A program made the position numbers and the translations under genes. Source: Pristiophorus japonicus (taxonomy: Eukaryota). Taken from it: a stretch of 64,000 nucleotides of DNA. Location: NCBI RefSeq assembly GCF_044704955.1, contig NC_092010.1, positions 36,084,001-36,148,000 of the forward strand, given 5' to 3'. Under the pieces are notes generated by a model, which saw nothing but the letters and a program-made list of their open reading frames with translations, was not told the DNA's origin and ran no database searches. Shown in pieces: positions 24,301 through 35,600 of the stretch (positions are counted from its first letter, which is position 1; each line of letters starts with the position of its first letter).

Positions 24301-27300
24301 CCTATTTGTCAGAAAACAAATGAACCCTTCACGTGCAAATGATGGCCAGGATTTTCTACCCGCCGCACCTACGGCACAATAGGAATTCCGCTCGCTGCAA
24401 GGATCTCGGGGTCCTCCGCATTGTTCAGTTGGGCTCCCCGGCATCCCCTAGGGAGTTGGACTGGAGGGCTCGCAGAGACTGGCCGTGACAGGCCTTGGGG
24501 GTTACTGCAACATTGAGTGGCCAGCATCTTCCATACTGCTATTTATACAATGGGCTGGATTTCCCGCTCCTGTCTGCCTCGGAGGGGTTTTCGGGGTCGG
24601 TTTTGCGGGGGCGCGAAGCAGTACCGCCCGGAAGAGGCGAGCCGGTGTGTAACACCGCTAGTTGCGACACCAGCTTGCTTTTTGACTCCCGCCCAATCCG
24701 TACGTCCCGCAGCGCCCCCTGCTGGGACCATCTGTGAAAACGGGTAGTCCAAGCTGTAGCGGCTGCAGTGAGCTCAGGTAAGTATGTGATTGTTTTGTCT
24801 TTTATTTCTTTTTGCGATTATGTTGTGGTGGCGTGAGTTATTCATTGAGAATGTTTTTGATGGGTTTTTTCTCCCCAGGCCTCTCTTAGAATACTCCGAG
24901 GCCGGCTGTTTAGCACAGGATTTTCCCATGTTCAGCCGGCCTAGCGCCTTCAGAGAGGTGTGTAACGCCTCCCTTAGCGCTCCGCCCCACACTCAGGGCC
25001 CAGCTGCCCAATTTTACTGACTCAGGCGCAAACTGTTCCCGGGCGCAAACTTTACCGTCCCGGAATCAGCAAAGCCGAAAAGCCAGCTCAATGAGCGTTA
25101 TCATGTAGACTTTGTGGCTATTTAACCCTTACTTTTCGCATAGAGACACGGAAATAGTTGTCGTGTGCCCGGCATTGCTATGGCACAAATTACGGAAAGG
25201 GCGTCCGATGATGCATTTCCTTCATTTGCAAATCATTACAATATACCCACACATATATAGGCGGATGTATGTTATATCCCCGTAACTCCTGGCAGGAAAT
25301 CCCAGAAGTGGTAGGGATGAGGAGGTAGTCACTTTCATCTGACCAATTTAAGCAAAGTGGCCAGTGTAATTAAGCAGAAAATCTAGGCCTTTGAGTTTAC
25401 TTGTCTATGCGCTGTTAGCCCTCCCACCAGTATACTCCTCATCAGCCCTCGTCCAAGTTATTATTTAAATGGAGAAAGATTGCAAAGTGCCGCAGTACAG
25501 TGGGACCTGGGGGTACTTGTGCATGAAACACAAAAGGATAGTATGCAGGTACAGCAAGTGATCAGGAAGGTCAATGAATCTTGGCCTTTATTGCAAAGGG
25601 GATGGAGTATAAAAGCAGGAAAGTCTTGCTACAGTTATACAGGGTATTGGTGAGGCCACACCTGGAATACTGCGTGCAGTTTTGGTTTCCATATTTACGA
25701 AAGGATATACTTGCTTTGGAGGCTGTTCAGAGAAGGTTCACTCGGTTGATTCCGGGGATGAGGGGGTTGACTTATGAGGAAAGGTTGAGTAGGTTGGGCC
25801 TCGACTCATTGGAATTCAGAAGAATGAGAGGTGATCTTATCGAAACGTATAAGATTATGAGGGGTATGACCAGGTGGATGCAGAGAGGATGTTTCCACTG
25901 ATAGGGGAGACTAGAGCTAGGGGGCATAATCTTAGAATAAGGGGCCGCCCATTTAAAACAGAGATAAGGAGGAATTTCTTTTCTTAGAGGGTTGTGGATC
26001 TGTGGAATTCGATGCCTCAGAGAGTTGTGGAAGCTGGGACATTGAATAAATTTAAGACAGAGATAGACAGTTTCTTAACTGATAAGGGAATAAGGGGTTA
26101 TGGGGAGCGGGCAGGGAAGTGGAGCTGAATCCATGATCGGATCACCCATGATCTTATTGAATGGCGGAGCAGGCTCGAGGGGCCGTATGGCCTACTCCTA
26201 CTCCTATTTCTTATGTTCTTATGTTCTTACGTCCTCACTTTTACTCTTATTTTAACCTGTAATGACTCAAGAGTCTGGTTATTGTAAACTCACTCAGATG
26301 CAACCTGATCCATCTTTATTCCAGTCCAAGTGTGCCAGCGTGACAAAGACACCCAGTTTATATACAGGTGACCAAGCACACATGCCACATGCGTACAGCC
26401 CGATGACCTCCGACCACAGCGTCCTCTGGTGTCTGGTGACCCCCAAGCATTAATACATAACAACCCTCGCTCGTGTCCTATTCTCTGGACCTTGTCCCTT
26501 CATTGTGGTTTCTCAATTTAACAAAATAATATTGCTTGTTTTAACATTAGCCAAAAACAAAACAGACTGATCAGCACAGGGAGGCTGGAGTTTCCTTGAA
26601 GTTGCTGGCACTTTAAGGGTTAGAAAGATGGCAGGTTGTGACCTAAAATAGTATTGACATCATCCAGTGACATAGGATAGAAAAAATTCCCAAAGATATC
26701 GTCCATCTTTCCCAGTTTGGACCACAACCTCTATCACTGGAATGACACTGGCGCCGCCAGTTATAGAGGAGTTGGCGATCTGCTCTCTTGCCATTCTGAG
26801 CAGAGATGGAGGCAGAAGGACACAGAGACATCACAAAGCACCTTCAGCTGTTTCCTGGATTGCTAAAACTACAGAAATGCTCATTAAAAATCCCATTATT
26901 TTAATTGCAACCACCCTATAGGTATTATAAACGGAAACCAAAGCCCACAAACTCTCACTCATGAATAATCTACTCCCCCCCCACTTATTTATCCTGTCAC
27001 ACTGTGGGTGTTAACACATACTGTAGATGCATAAGGCAATGATCAGTGCTGCCTTTTGCCCTGAGTGTGCTATTTTTCTCTGGGTCCCTTTGTTTCATTT
27101 TAATGTTTTCTTCTTAATTTCTTTCCTTTCTTGGTCCTTCATTGTTTGCTTCCTCAAATCCTCACAGTTTTGAAATGTAGGAGCATATAAAGCAATGCAT
27201 CGGGATATAGCATTTTGCTGCAACTCATAGAATCATAGAAATTTACAGCACAGAAGGAGGCCGTTCAGCCCATCGTGTCCGCGCCGGCTGACAAAGAGCT

Positions 27301-30300
27301 ATCCAGCCTAATCCCACTTTCCAACTCTTGGTCCGTAGCCCTATAGGTTTCGGCACTCCAAGTGCACATCCAAGTACTTTTTAAATATGGTGAGGGTTTC
27401 TGCCTCTACCACCCTTACAGGCCGTGAGTTCCAGACCCCCACCACCCTCTGGGTGAAAACATTTCTCCTCAACCCCCCTCTAATCCTTCTACCAATTACT
27501 TCCAATTTAAATCTATGCCCCCTGGCTATGGACATCGCTGCTAAGTGAAATAGGTCCTTCCTATCCACTCTATCCAGGCCCCTCATAATTTTATACACCT
27601 CAATTAAGTTTCCCCTCAGCCTCCTCTGTTCCAAAGAAAACAACCCCAGCCTATCCAATCTGAAAGTTATTTGTCAATAAATCTGCATAGTGAAACCACA
27701 GACACCTTTAAGGATCTTCCACGGATGTACAGTGTATTAATTCAGGAAAAGGTTGGCTTCATCCGCCATAAATTCTTAACCTGGAAAGCAAATAGTTAGA
27801 AGCCATCAAATGGTCTTCAATCTGATTGTCGATGTTCCCATAGACGGACAGACAATATGGTGCTATATTATTATCCAGAATAAAATGTGGACTATAATAA
27901 CAGTGATTGACAAAAATTCAACATTAACAGTGGATCTTTTTTCTTGATGCAGATGGTGGGACAGTTAATCCTACTCTTCAACAAGCTCCCATCAAGGTTG
28001 TTGCCTATAACGTCTGCTCCCAGCCCGAATGGTGGGGTTATTATGTCACATCAAACATGGTGTGTGCTGGAGGTGATGGTATCATTGCTGGTTGTCAGGT
28101 AATAATCTTGGATACTCTCTTTCAATGGACATATTGAAGAAGATATTGACAATCCTGAGTACTATCAGTGCAATGGGAAGCCTCTTGTCATGAGGCCACA
28201 CTTACCCTTACTTTCAATTTTCTTTTCTCTTCATCTCTCAGCACAGGAACATAGGGATGTGCAGGACTGGAAAAGGCCATTATGGTCCAGCCAGCAGCTC
28301 CCAAAGTCTGGAATATATCATACACCACTCTATCTCTCATTACCCTCAATCGCTTCCCTCATCAAACATTCAACCAGCTACCTCTTGTTTTTACTGACAC
28401 CGTCTGCCTCATTCTTTCCTCATCGTGTCAGCTGTGGCTCATTGGTAGCACTATCACCTCAGAGGGTTGTGGGTTCAAGTCCCACTCCAGAGATTTGAGC
28501 ACATAATCTCGGCTGACATTCCAGAGTAGTGCTGAGGGAGCGCCGCACTGTCGGAGGGGCAGTACTGAGTGGGCACTGCACTGTCGGAGGGGCAGTACTG
28601 AGTAAGCACTGCACTGTCGGAGGGGCCAGTACTGAGTGAGCACTGCACTGTCGGAGGGGCAGTGCTGAGGGAGCGCTGCACTGTTGGAGGGGCAGTACTG
28701 AGGGAGTGCTGCACTGTCGGAGGGGCAGTACTGAGGGAGCGCTGCACTGTCGGAGAGGCAGTACTGAGGGAACGCTGCACTGTTGGAGGGGCAGTACTGA
28801 GGGAGCACCGCATTGTCGGAGGGGCGGTACTGAGGGAGCGCCGCACTGTCGGAGGGGCAGTGCTGAAGGAGCACCTCACTGTCGGAGGGGCAGTACTAAG
28901 GGAGTGCTGCACTGTCGGAGGGGCAGTACTGAGGGAGCGCCGCACTGGCAAAGGGGCAGTACTGAGGGAGTGCTGCACTGTCGGAGGGGCAGTGTTGAGG
29001 GAGTGCTGCACTGTCGGCGGTGCTGCCTTTTAGTTGAGACATTAAACCGAGACCGCGTCTACTCTCTCAAGTGGCATAAAAGATCCCACGGCACTATTTC
29101 GAAGAAGAGTAGGAGAGTTCTGAGCCAATAATTATCCACCAATCAACGTCACTAAAACAGACAATCTGGTCATTATTACATTGCTGTTTGCGGGAGTTTG
29201 CTGTGTACAAATTGACTGTAAAGCGCTTTGGGACCTCTTGAGGTGGTGAAAGGGACTATATAAATACGAGTCGTTCTGTTTTTCTTTCTCTGTCCTTTCC
29301 TCCATTTCTTGCTCACTTATCACTCCTGTTCTTTCTTTCACTCCCATTTTCTTTTCAATATTTCTCTTATTTCTCCATCACCGTTTTTTCTCTTTATGTT
29401 TCTCTACCTTCCTGTTACTCTTTCTTTCTATGTCTCCTTGATTTCTGTGCCCATTTTGATTTGACTTTTTTGATAGATTTTTAAAAAATTAAATAAATCT
29501 TACGTACTCCAGCATGAGGGACTGAATATAACTGGGTTTTTCCTCACAGGGAGATTCTGGTGGGCCTCTAAATTGTCAGCATAATGGGATATTCTACGTC
29601 CACGGAGCCACCAGCTTTGTCGCTGCAGCAGGATGTGACACCTACATGAAGCCAACGGTCTGGACCCGTGTCTCATCTTACATCAACTGGATCAATGATG
29701 TATGTTAGCGCTTGATTTTTGTTATCATTTTATATACTGTATAAGATGCTACAGGATAAATGTTCTGATTTAACACTCCTTGCACAGAGCTTCGTGTGAT
29801 GGGATATATATTGGTAATGGCACCCTGCATGATTATCCGTCCATTTAAATCTGGAGCCATCAGGCCCATGAAGTAGGAGATGGATGGGCGGGGGGGGGGG
29901 GGGTGGGGGGGCAGGCCGATCCAGAATGAGGTCGCTGACAGACACGATATATAGGTGGGCGTCTTGAAACAAGATACAAGCGAGGGAAATATGTCCTCTG
30001 ACATAATTCCCACCATTTGCAACACTGGGCGCCAGAAGTGTTGCCATGGCGATGGAGGAGAGGCCTAAGATTTTTTTTGCTGCCAGGGCCTGTCCAATCA
30101 CTCGCAGAGTGCTGGAGTGCACAGGCCAAAGAGGAAAGCGGAATATTTTTCAACAGATTTGGCTTCCTTAATGGCATTTGTCATTAATTGCAGTGTTTTA
30201 AAATGTGAAAGCACCTTAGTGTAATGTGACCAACAGACTTGATTTCCACCATCAGCCCCATGTCACGCTCTGACCCAGAAACTCTACGCATACTTGCACG

Positions 30301-32476
30301 GGACAGCGTGCCACCTATTAACGTGAGCAAGATTAAAAAGAAAGTTTAAAAAGTTGGCTGGGCATTTGTTGTAGCTACACTGTAACTACCTCCTACTAGA
30401 CTAGTATTGTGCTGGTTCCACAGGCTCTCGAGCAGCAGGTCTTATAGAAACATAGAAACATATAAAATAGGAGCAGCAGTAGGCCATTCGGCCCTTCGAG
30501 TCTGCACCGCCATTCAATATGATCATGGCTGATCCTCCATCTCAACACCATATTCCCACTTTTTCTTCATACCCCTTGATGCCTTTTGTGTCGAGAAATC
30601 TATCTGTCTCTCTCTTAAATATATTCAGTGACTTGGCCTCCACAGCCTTCTGTGGTAGAGAATTCCACAGGTTCACCACCCTCTGAGTGAAAAGATTTCT
30701 CCTCATCTCGGTCCTAAATTTCCTACCCCGTATCCTGTGACCCCCTTGTTCTAGGCTTCCCAGCCTGGGGAAACATCCTCCCTGCATCCAGTCTACCCAG
30801 TTAAAGATCAACTTGGCAGATTCGCTAACTGACAGCTAAGAAACCTCAGATTTCCTTGACCCTGCTGGTACTACCGGCTGCATGAGACCAACAACTAAAG
30901 AAGCAGCTACACAGGCACATTCTAAAAATGGCTTCAAACCGCTTGCATGAATTCAATTCAGCTAACCGTACACCCGAGTTACTTGAAAGCAGTATAATTA
31001 GCATGTCTGATATAGAAACATAGAAATTTACAGCGCAGGAGGAGGCCATTTCGGCCCATCGTGTCTGCGCCGGCCGACAAAGAACCACACGGCCCTCGGT
31101 CAGCGGCCCTGAAGGTTACAATATAAACCTATGAACAATGGCAGAAAGGTAAAGAGTACCCAGCCCAGCCAGTCTGCCCACACAACTGTGACACCCCTTA
31201 TACTGAAACATTCTACACTCCACCCCAACCAGAGCCATGCGATCTCCTGGGAGAGGCAAAAACCGGATAAAAACCCAGGCCAATTTAGGAGAAATAAATC
31301 TGGGAAAATTCCTCTCCGACCCATCCAGGTGATCGAAACTAGTCCCAATCACCCTGGCCGTGTTCGATTCCTTGCTGTACTTACCATCGTATCTGCGCCG
31401 ATATAGCACACACTAGCTTATAGTACCCTCTCTAATAAAGAACTATGGGGTAGAAATGCCACCCAAGATGGGCGATATCGTATCATCCGCCCGTTATATA
31501 CCACGCCGATATTCAGTTACATTGACTCCAATGGAATTGAATATCAGGCGGGGCATATAACGGGACGCCGATGCAGAATTGCCTGTTTGCATTCCCCCCA
31601 AGACAAATTTCTACCCCTAAACACCCTGAGGTAGAATTTCGGTGGTGGTTTTCCCAATCACCTGCCGAAACTTTGGCGAAAATTCTGGAGAAACAGTGTA
31701 AACAAGGGCCTGGATTTTGCAGCGGGTAATGGCGGTGAAGCGCATGCACATCGAAACGCGGAAGTCCTGAAGTTGCGGTCAGTCATTCACTGCTCCGACA
31801 CTGGCTGTGCTGTGGCCCGCCCCCCGCCCCCCATTGCCGGCAATCCGTGTAATCGGTGAAATCAGCAGAGCTGACGAAAACATGAGCTTTTCTGCGCTAT
31901 CGCTGTTAAACACCCCATTAAATGTTGAGCCTTGTTGGAATAGGCATAACTGGGGTTTTAACAGCATATTGACTGCTAAACAACTGTTTTGGCCCTGATA
32001 AACTACATTTTATATTTGTGGAGTGTCAAATTGCTCCATTATGATAAAAATAACAATTAAAAAAAATGTTTTTTTTTTCAAAATTTGTTCATGATTCTAC
32101 CTTCTACCTTATCCCCATGTGTATGTCCCAATCTTCATTTCACTCTCTGTAACATTTTTTAAAAATGCAGATTAAAAACTGCTTTTCATTTCCTGGTTTG
32201 CTGTCTGTGAGTATTCTTCAATGTGATTGGCTGCTTAGACAGCTTGTTGACGTCAATGCAGCTCTTCGCTGGGGATTCCCGTTACACAGCGCTACAATCA
32301 ATTGCATGTCGAGAAGGGCAAACTTCTCGCCATTAAGATCGCGAAATTCGGCCCCCCACCCTCACATCTGTAATTAGAGTGATAGTCTAGTCAAGTATCT
32401 GTTCATACCCCAGACTAACCAGTTTCAGAAAAAAATAATAATCATGTTTGTTTTTCAGAAAATCGCTTTTCATTAA
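15281..32476 (+). CDS. CELA1: Pancreatic elastase-1-like serine protease, 8 coding exons: join(15281..15320,18823..18890,20314..20411,22986..23108,24124..24260,27953..28098,29550..29699,32459..32476), 780 nt, 259 aa
   Basis: Spliced by hand. All introns are GT-AG and phases are consistent. Product has signal peptide [16 protein letters not shown], activation site R|VIGG, TAAHC (His57), NDIAV (Asp102), GCQGDSGGP (Ser195), SFV (Val216) and KPTV (Thr226), typical of elastase-1. Eight mature cysteines and no Cys122. Confidence 0.93.
15371..15817 (+). mobile_element. tRNA-derived DeuSINE (SacSINE1-like), near full length, in CELA1 intron 1
   Basis: tRNA-like head, Deu-domain GGATGAGACGTTAAACCGAGG...AAAGATCC, L2-type tail TGTAAAGCGCTTT...GCTATATAAAT. 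Confidence 0.8.
16370..16572 (+). mobile_element. CR1-like 3' end fragment
   Basis: FKGKLDKHM-type terminus, GGGCCGAATGGCCT motif and short tandem tail. Confidence 0.65.
17215..17735 (+). mobile_element. CR1 3' fragment
   Basis: CR1 ORF2 C-terminus; (TTCTTATG)n tail. Confidence 0.88.
17866..18403 (-). mobile_element. Non-LTR retrotransposon 3' fragment (RTEX- or CR1-Zenon-like; clade uncertain)
   Basis: ORF 18178..18447 [13 protein letters not shown]...[10 protein letters not shown]...SLHHRR; A-rich tail. Confidence 0.7.
18510..18552 (+). repeat. (ATTCTATG)5 microsatellite from a CR1 tail
   Basis: Direct 8-bp repeats following the CR1 terminal motif. Confidence 0.85.
18823..18890 (+). CDS. 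CELA1: CELA1-like exon 2 (LCAVDER|[15 protein letters not shown])
   Basis: cag acceptor, gtatga donor, serine protease N-terminal motif. Confidence 0.93.
19991..20152. mobile_element. Palindromic MITE (Harbinger-like), same family as 31447-31617
   Basis: TIRs GGGGCTAGAAATT / AATCTCTACCCC and an internal inverted repeat. Confidence 0.55.
20314..20411 (+). CDS. CELA1: CELA1-like exon 3 ([32 protein letters not shown])
   Basis: Poly-T tract plus cag acceptor, gtgaat donor, His57 motif. Confidence 0.95.
20445..21875. mobile_element. Nested CR1s: a + copy (about 20543-21371) inserted into a - copy (20445-20542 and 21372-21875)
   Basis: The minus-strand 3' UTR continues across the insert (…cctcaac | aactccactttcc…); ORFs 20556..20852, 20855..21268 and 21359..21850. 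Confidence 0.88.
22456..22845 (-). mobile_element. tRNA-derived SINE sharing its 3' tail with the LINE at 17866-18403
   Basis: tRNA-like head; both have gggatgtgggc.tcgctg...gcatttattgcccatccc.aattgccc.ttgag on the + strand. Confidence 0.75.
22986..23108 (+). CDS. CELA1: CELA1-like exon 4 ([40 protein letters not shown])
   Basis: Lies inside ORF 22918..23238; calcium-binding loop region; AG/GT bounded. Confidence 0.93.
23420..23868. mobile_element. Rearranged DeuSINE: 3' half on +, 5' half on -
   Basis: Body and tail at 23420-23700, followed by the reverse complement of the head at 23701-23868. Confidence 0.75.
24124..24260 (+). CDS. CELA1: CELA1-like exon 5 ([45 protein letters not shown])
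   Basis: Asp102 motif and CYVTGWG; 137 nt; AG/GT bounded. Confidence 0.95.
24344..25389. mobile_element. Nested non-autonomous DNA transposons (Harbinger-like): outer 24344-25389, inner 24552-25089
   Basis: Outer TIR GGCCAGGATTTTCT / AGAAAATCTAGGCC; inner TIR GGGCTGGATTT / AAAGCCAGCTC flanked by an AAT duplication. Confidence 0.6.
25458..26230 (+). mobile_element. CR1 3' fragment
   Basis: ORF 25581..25901; (TTCTTATG)n tail. Confidence 0.9.
26258..26462 (-). mobile_element. Short solo LTR (about 205 bp, Gypsy-like)
   Basis: Ends TGTAATG...CATAACA; TATATAAA then AATAAA in order on the - strand; imperfect TSD. Confidence 0.6.
27226..27661 (-). mobile_element. CR1 3' fragment
   Basis: ORF 27341..27658; same subfamily as 4976-5484. 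Confidence 0.9.
27953..28098 (+). CDS. CELA1: CELA1-like exon 6 ([48 protein letters not shown])
   Basis: Elastase motifs WWG and MVCAGGDG; 146 nt; AG/GT bounded. Confidence 0.95.
28425..29280 (+). mobile_element. DeuSINE containing an internal minisatellite
   Basis: tRNA head at 28425-28525; Deu domain and tail at 29025-29280. Confidence 0.8.
28527..29022 (+). repeat. 33-bp minisatellite, 15 units (CAGTACTGAGGGAGCGCTGCACTGTCGGAGGGG)
   Basis: Unit starts at 28527, 28560, 28593, 28627 ... 28990; produces spurious repetitive ORFs. Confidence 0.95.
29550..29699 (+). CDS. CELA1: CELA1-like exon 7 ([50 protein letters not shown])
   Basis: Ser195 motif; 150 nt; AG/GT bounded. Confidence 0.95.
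30443..30800 (-). mobile_element. CR1 3' fragment
   Basis: ORF 30542..30811 plus tail. Confidence 0.88.
31013..31400 (-). mobile_element. CR1 3' UTR-only insertion
   Basis: Homologous to 699-1070; GATATAG duplicated at 31009-31015 and 31400-31406. Confidence 0.8.
31447..31617. mobile_element. Palindromic Harbinger-like MITE
   Basis: Perfect 11-bp TIR GGGGTAGAAAT / ATTTCTACCCC, TAT/TAA flanks, long internal inverted repeat. Confidence 0.7.
31706..32355. mobile_element. Non-autonomous DNA transposon (Harbinger-like)
   Basis: Imperfect TIR GGGCCTGGATTTT / GAAATTCGGCCCC; CpG-rich ends. Confidence 0.45.
32459..32476 (+). CDS. CELA1: CELA1-like exon 8 coding part (KIAFH-stop)
   Basis: ttgtttttcag acceptor; 5 codons plus TAA, matching the short last exon of elastases; AATAAA 74 nt downstream. 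Confidence 0.75.
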   Translation, partial: KIAFH

Positions 32477-32549
32477 AACTGGATTACGATGGACAAACTG
32501 CAACTCACAACAAAAACATGTAACTTCACTAATTGTATTGGGATACAGC

Positions 32550-32555
32550 AATAAA
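32550..32555 (+). terminator. Polyadenylation signal of the CELA1-like gene
   Basis: AATAAA after the stop codon, followed by T-rich sequence. Confidence 0.7.
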
Positions 32556-32689
32556 AATGAAATGTATCATTTTTCCTGTTCATTGCCTCTTGATATTAAT
32601 ACATCTTTTGTAAAAAGAAAGCAGCTGGTGGTTGGGTTTTCAACATTTACGTTACATCGTGACCTATTGCTTGTTAATTCTTTGCTATA

Positions 32690-35600
32690 TGTCTGAGGAA
32701 TACTCAGGCAGATAGGGAATGTGTGACCATCAGGCAGAGCGGTGGAAGGAAGGTAGTGCAGGGGTCCCCTGCGGTCATCTCCCTCCAAAACAGATACACC
32801 GTTTTGGGTACTGTTGGGGGAGATGACTCATCAGGGGAAGGCAGCAGCAGCCAAGTTCATGGCACCATGGGTGGCTCTGCTGCACAGGAGGGCAGGAAAA
32901 AGAGTGGGAGAGCTATAGTGGTAGGGGATTCTATTGTAAGGGGAATAGATAGGCGATTCTGCGGCCGCAATCGAGACTCCAGGATGGTATGTTGCCTCCC
33001 TGGTGCAAGGGTCAAGGGTGTCTCGGAGCGGCTGCAGCGCATTATGGAGGGGGAGGGGGAACAGCTAGCTGTCGTGGTGCATATAGGTACCAACAATATA
33101 GGTAAAAAAACGGGATGAGGTCCTACAAGCTGAATTTAGGGAGCTAGGAGCTAAATTAAAAAGTAGGACCTCAAAGGTAGTAATCTCAGGATTGCTACCA
33201 GTGCCACGTGCTAGTCAGAGTAGAAATAGCTCAGATGAATACATGGCTTGAGGAGTGGTGCAGTAGGGAGGGATTCAAATTCCTGGGACATTGGAACCGG
33301 TTCTGGGGGGAGGTGGGACCAGTACAAACCGGACGGTCTGCACCTGGGCAGGACCGGAACCTATGTCCTAGGGGGAGTGTTTGGTAGTGTTGTTGGGGAG
33401 GGGTTAAACTAATATGGCAGGGGGATGGGAACCTATGCAGGGAGGCAGAGGGAAATAAAAAGGGGGCAGAAGCAAAAGGTAGGAAGGAGAAAAACAAGAG
33501 TGGAGGGCAGAGAAATCAAGGGCAAAAATCAAAAAGGGCCACATTACAACATAATTCTAAAAGGACAAAGAGTGTTAAAAAAACAAGGCTCTGAGTCTCA
33601 ATGCGAGGAGCATTCGTAATAAGGTGGATGAATTAACTGCGCAGCTGGCTGTTAACGGATATGATGTAATTGGGATTACGGAGACATGGCTCCAGGGTAA
33701 CCAAGGCTGGGAACTCAACATCCAGGGGTATTCAATATTCAGGAAGGATAGACAGGAAGGAAAAGGAGGTGGGGTAGTGTTAATGATTAAAGAGGAGATT
33801 AACGCAATAGTAAGGAAGGACATTAGCGTGGATGATGTGGAATCTATATGGGTAGAGCTGCGAAACACCAAAGGGCAGAAAACGTTAGTGGGAGTTGTGT
33901 ACAGACCACAAACAGTAGTAGGGAGGTTGGGGATGGTATCAAACAGGAACGCGTGCAATAAGGGTACAGCAGATATCATGGTTGACTTTAACCTACATAT
34001 AGATTGGACTAACCAAACTGGTAGCAATACTGTGGAGGAGGATTTCCTGGAGTGTATAAGGGATGGTTTTCTGGACCAATATGTCGAGGAACCAACTAGA
34101 GAGCAGGCCATCCTAGACTGGGTCTTGTGTAACGAGAGAGGATTAATTCGCAATCTGGCCCTTTGGGGAAGAGTGACCACAATATGGTAGAATTCTTCAT
34201 TAAGATGGAGAGCGACACAGTTAATTGAGACTAGGGTCCTGAACTTAAAGAAAGGAAAATTCGATGGTATGAGACGTGAATTGGCTGGGATAGACTGGAG
34301 AATGATACTTAAAGGGTTGACGGTGGATAGGCAATGGCAGACATTTAAAGATCACATGGATGAATTACAACTATTGTACATCCCTGTCTGGTGTAAAAAT
34401 AAAACAGGAAAGGTGGCTCAACCGTGGCTAACAAGGGAAATTAGGGATAGTGTTAAATCCAAGGAAGAGGCATATAAATTGGGCAGAAAAAGCAGCAAAC
34501 CTGAGGACTGGGAGAAATTTAGAATTCAGCAGAGGAGGACTAAGGGTTTAGTTTGGAGGGGGAAAATAGAGTATGAGAGTAAGCTTGCAGGGAACATAAA
34601 AACTGACTGCAAAAGCTTCTATAGATATGTGAAGAGAAAAAGATTAGTGAAGACTAATGTAGGTCCCTTGCAGTCAGAATCAGGTGAATTAATAATGGGG
34701 AACAAGGAAATGGCAGAACAATTGAACAAAAACATTGGTTCTGTCTTCACTAAGGAAGACACGAATAACCTCCCGAAAATACTAGGGGACCGAGGGTCTA
34801 GCGAGAAGGGGGAACTGAGGGAAATCCTTATTAGTCAGGAAATGGTGTTAGGGAAATTGATGGGACTGAAGGCCGATAAATCTCCAGGGCCTGATAGTCT
34901 GCATCCCAGAGTACTTAAGGAAGTGGCCCTAGAAATAGTAGATGCATTGGTGATCATTTTCCAAAATTCCATGGACTCTGGATCAGTTCCTATGGATTGG
35001 AGGGTAGCTAATGTAACCCCACTGTTTAAAAAAGGAGGGAGAGAGAAAAGAAGGAATTATAGACCGGTTAGCCTGACATCAGTGGTGGGGAAAATACTGG
35101 AATCAATTATTAAAGATGTAATAGCAGCGCATTTGGAAAGCAGTTATAGGACCGGTCCAAGTCAGCATGGATTTATGAAAGGGAAATCATGCTTGACAGA
35201 TCTTTTTGAGTTTTTTGAGGATGTAACTAGTAGAGTGGATAAGGGAGAACCAGTGGATGTGGTGTATTTGGACTTTCAAAAGGCTTTTGACAAGGTCCCA
35301 CACAAGAGATTAGTGTGCAAAATTAAGGCACATGGTATTGGGGGTAATGTATTGACGTGGATAGAGAACTGGTTGGCAGACAGGAAGCAAAGAGTGGGAA
35401 TAAACGGGTCCTTTTCAGAATGGCAGGCAGTGATTAGTGGGGTGCCGCAAGGTTCAGTGCTGGGACCCCAGCTATTTACAATATACATTAATGATTTAGA
35501 TGAAGAAATTGAATGTAATATCTCCAAGTTTGCAGATGACACTAAGCTGGGTGGCAGTGTGAGCTGTGAGGAGGATGCTAAGAGGCTGCAGGGTGACTTG

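Noticed and set aside
28527-29022. CRISPR-like periodicity and repetitive ORFs ([16 protein letters not shown])
   Set aside because: Contiguous tandem units with no unique spacers, no cas genes and a eukaryotic context; the ORFs arise from a 33-bp unit inside a SINE.
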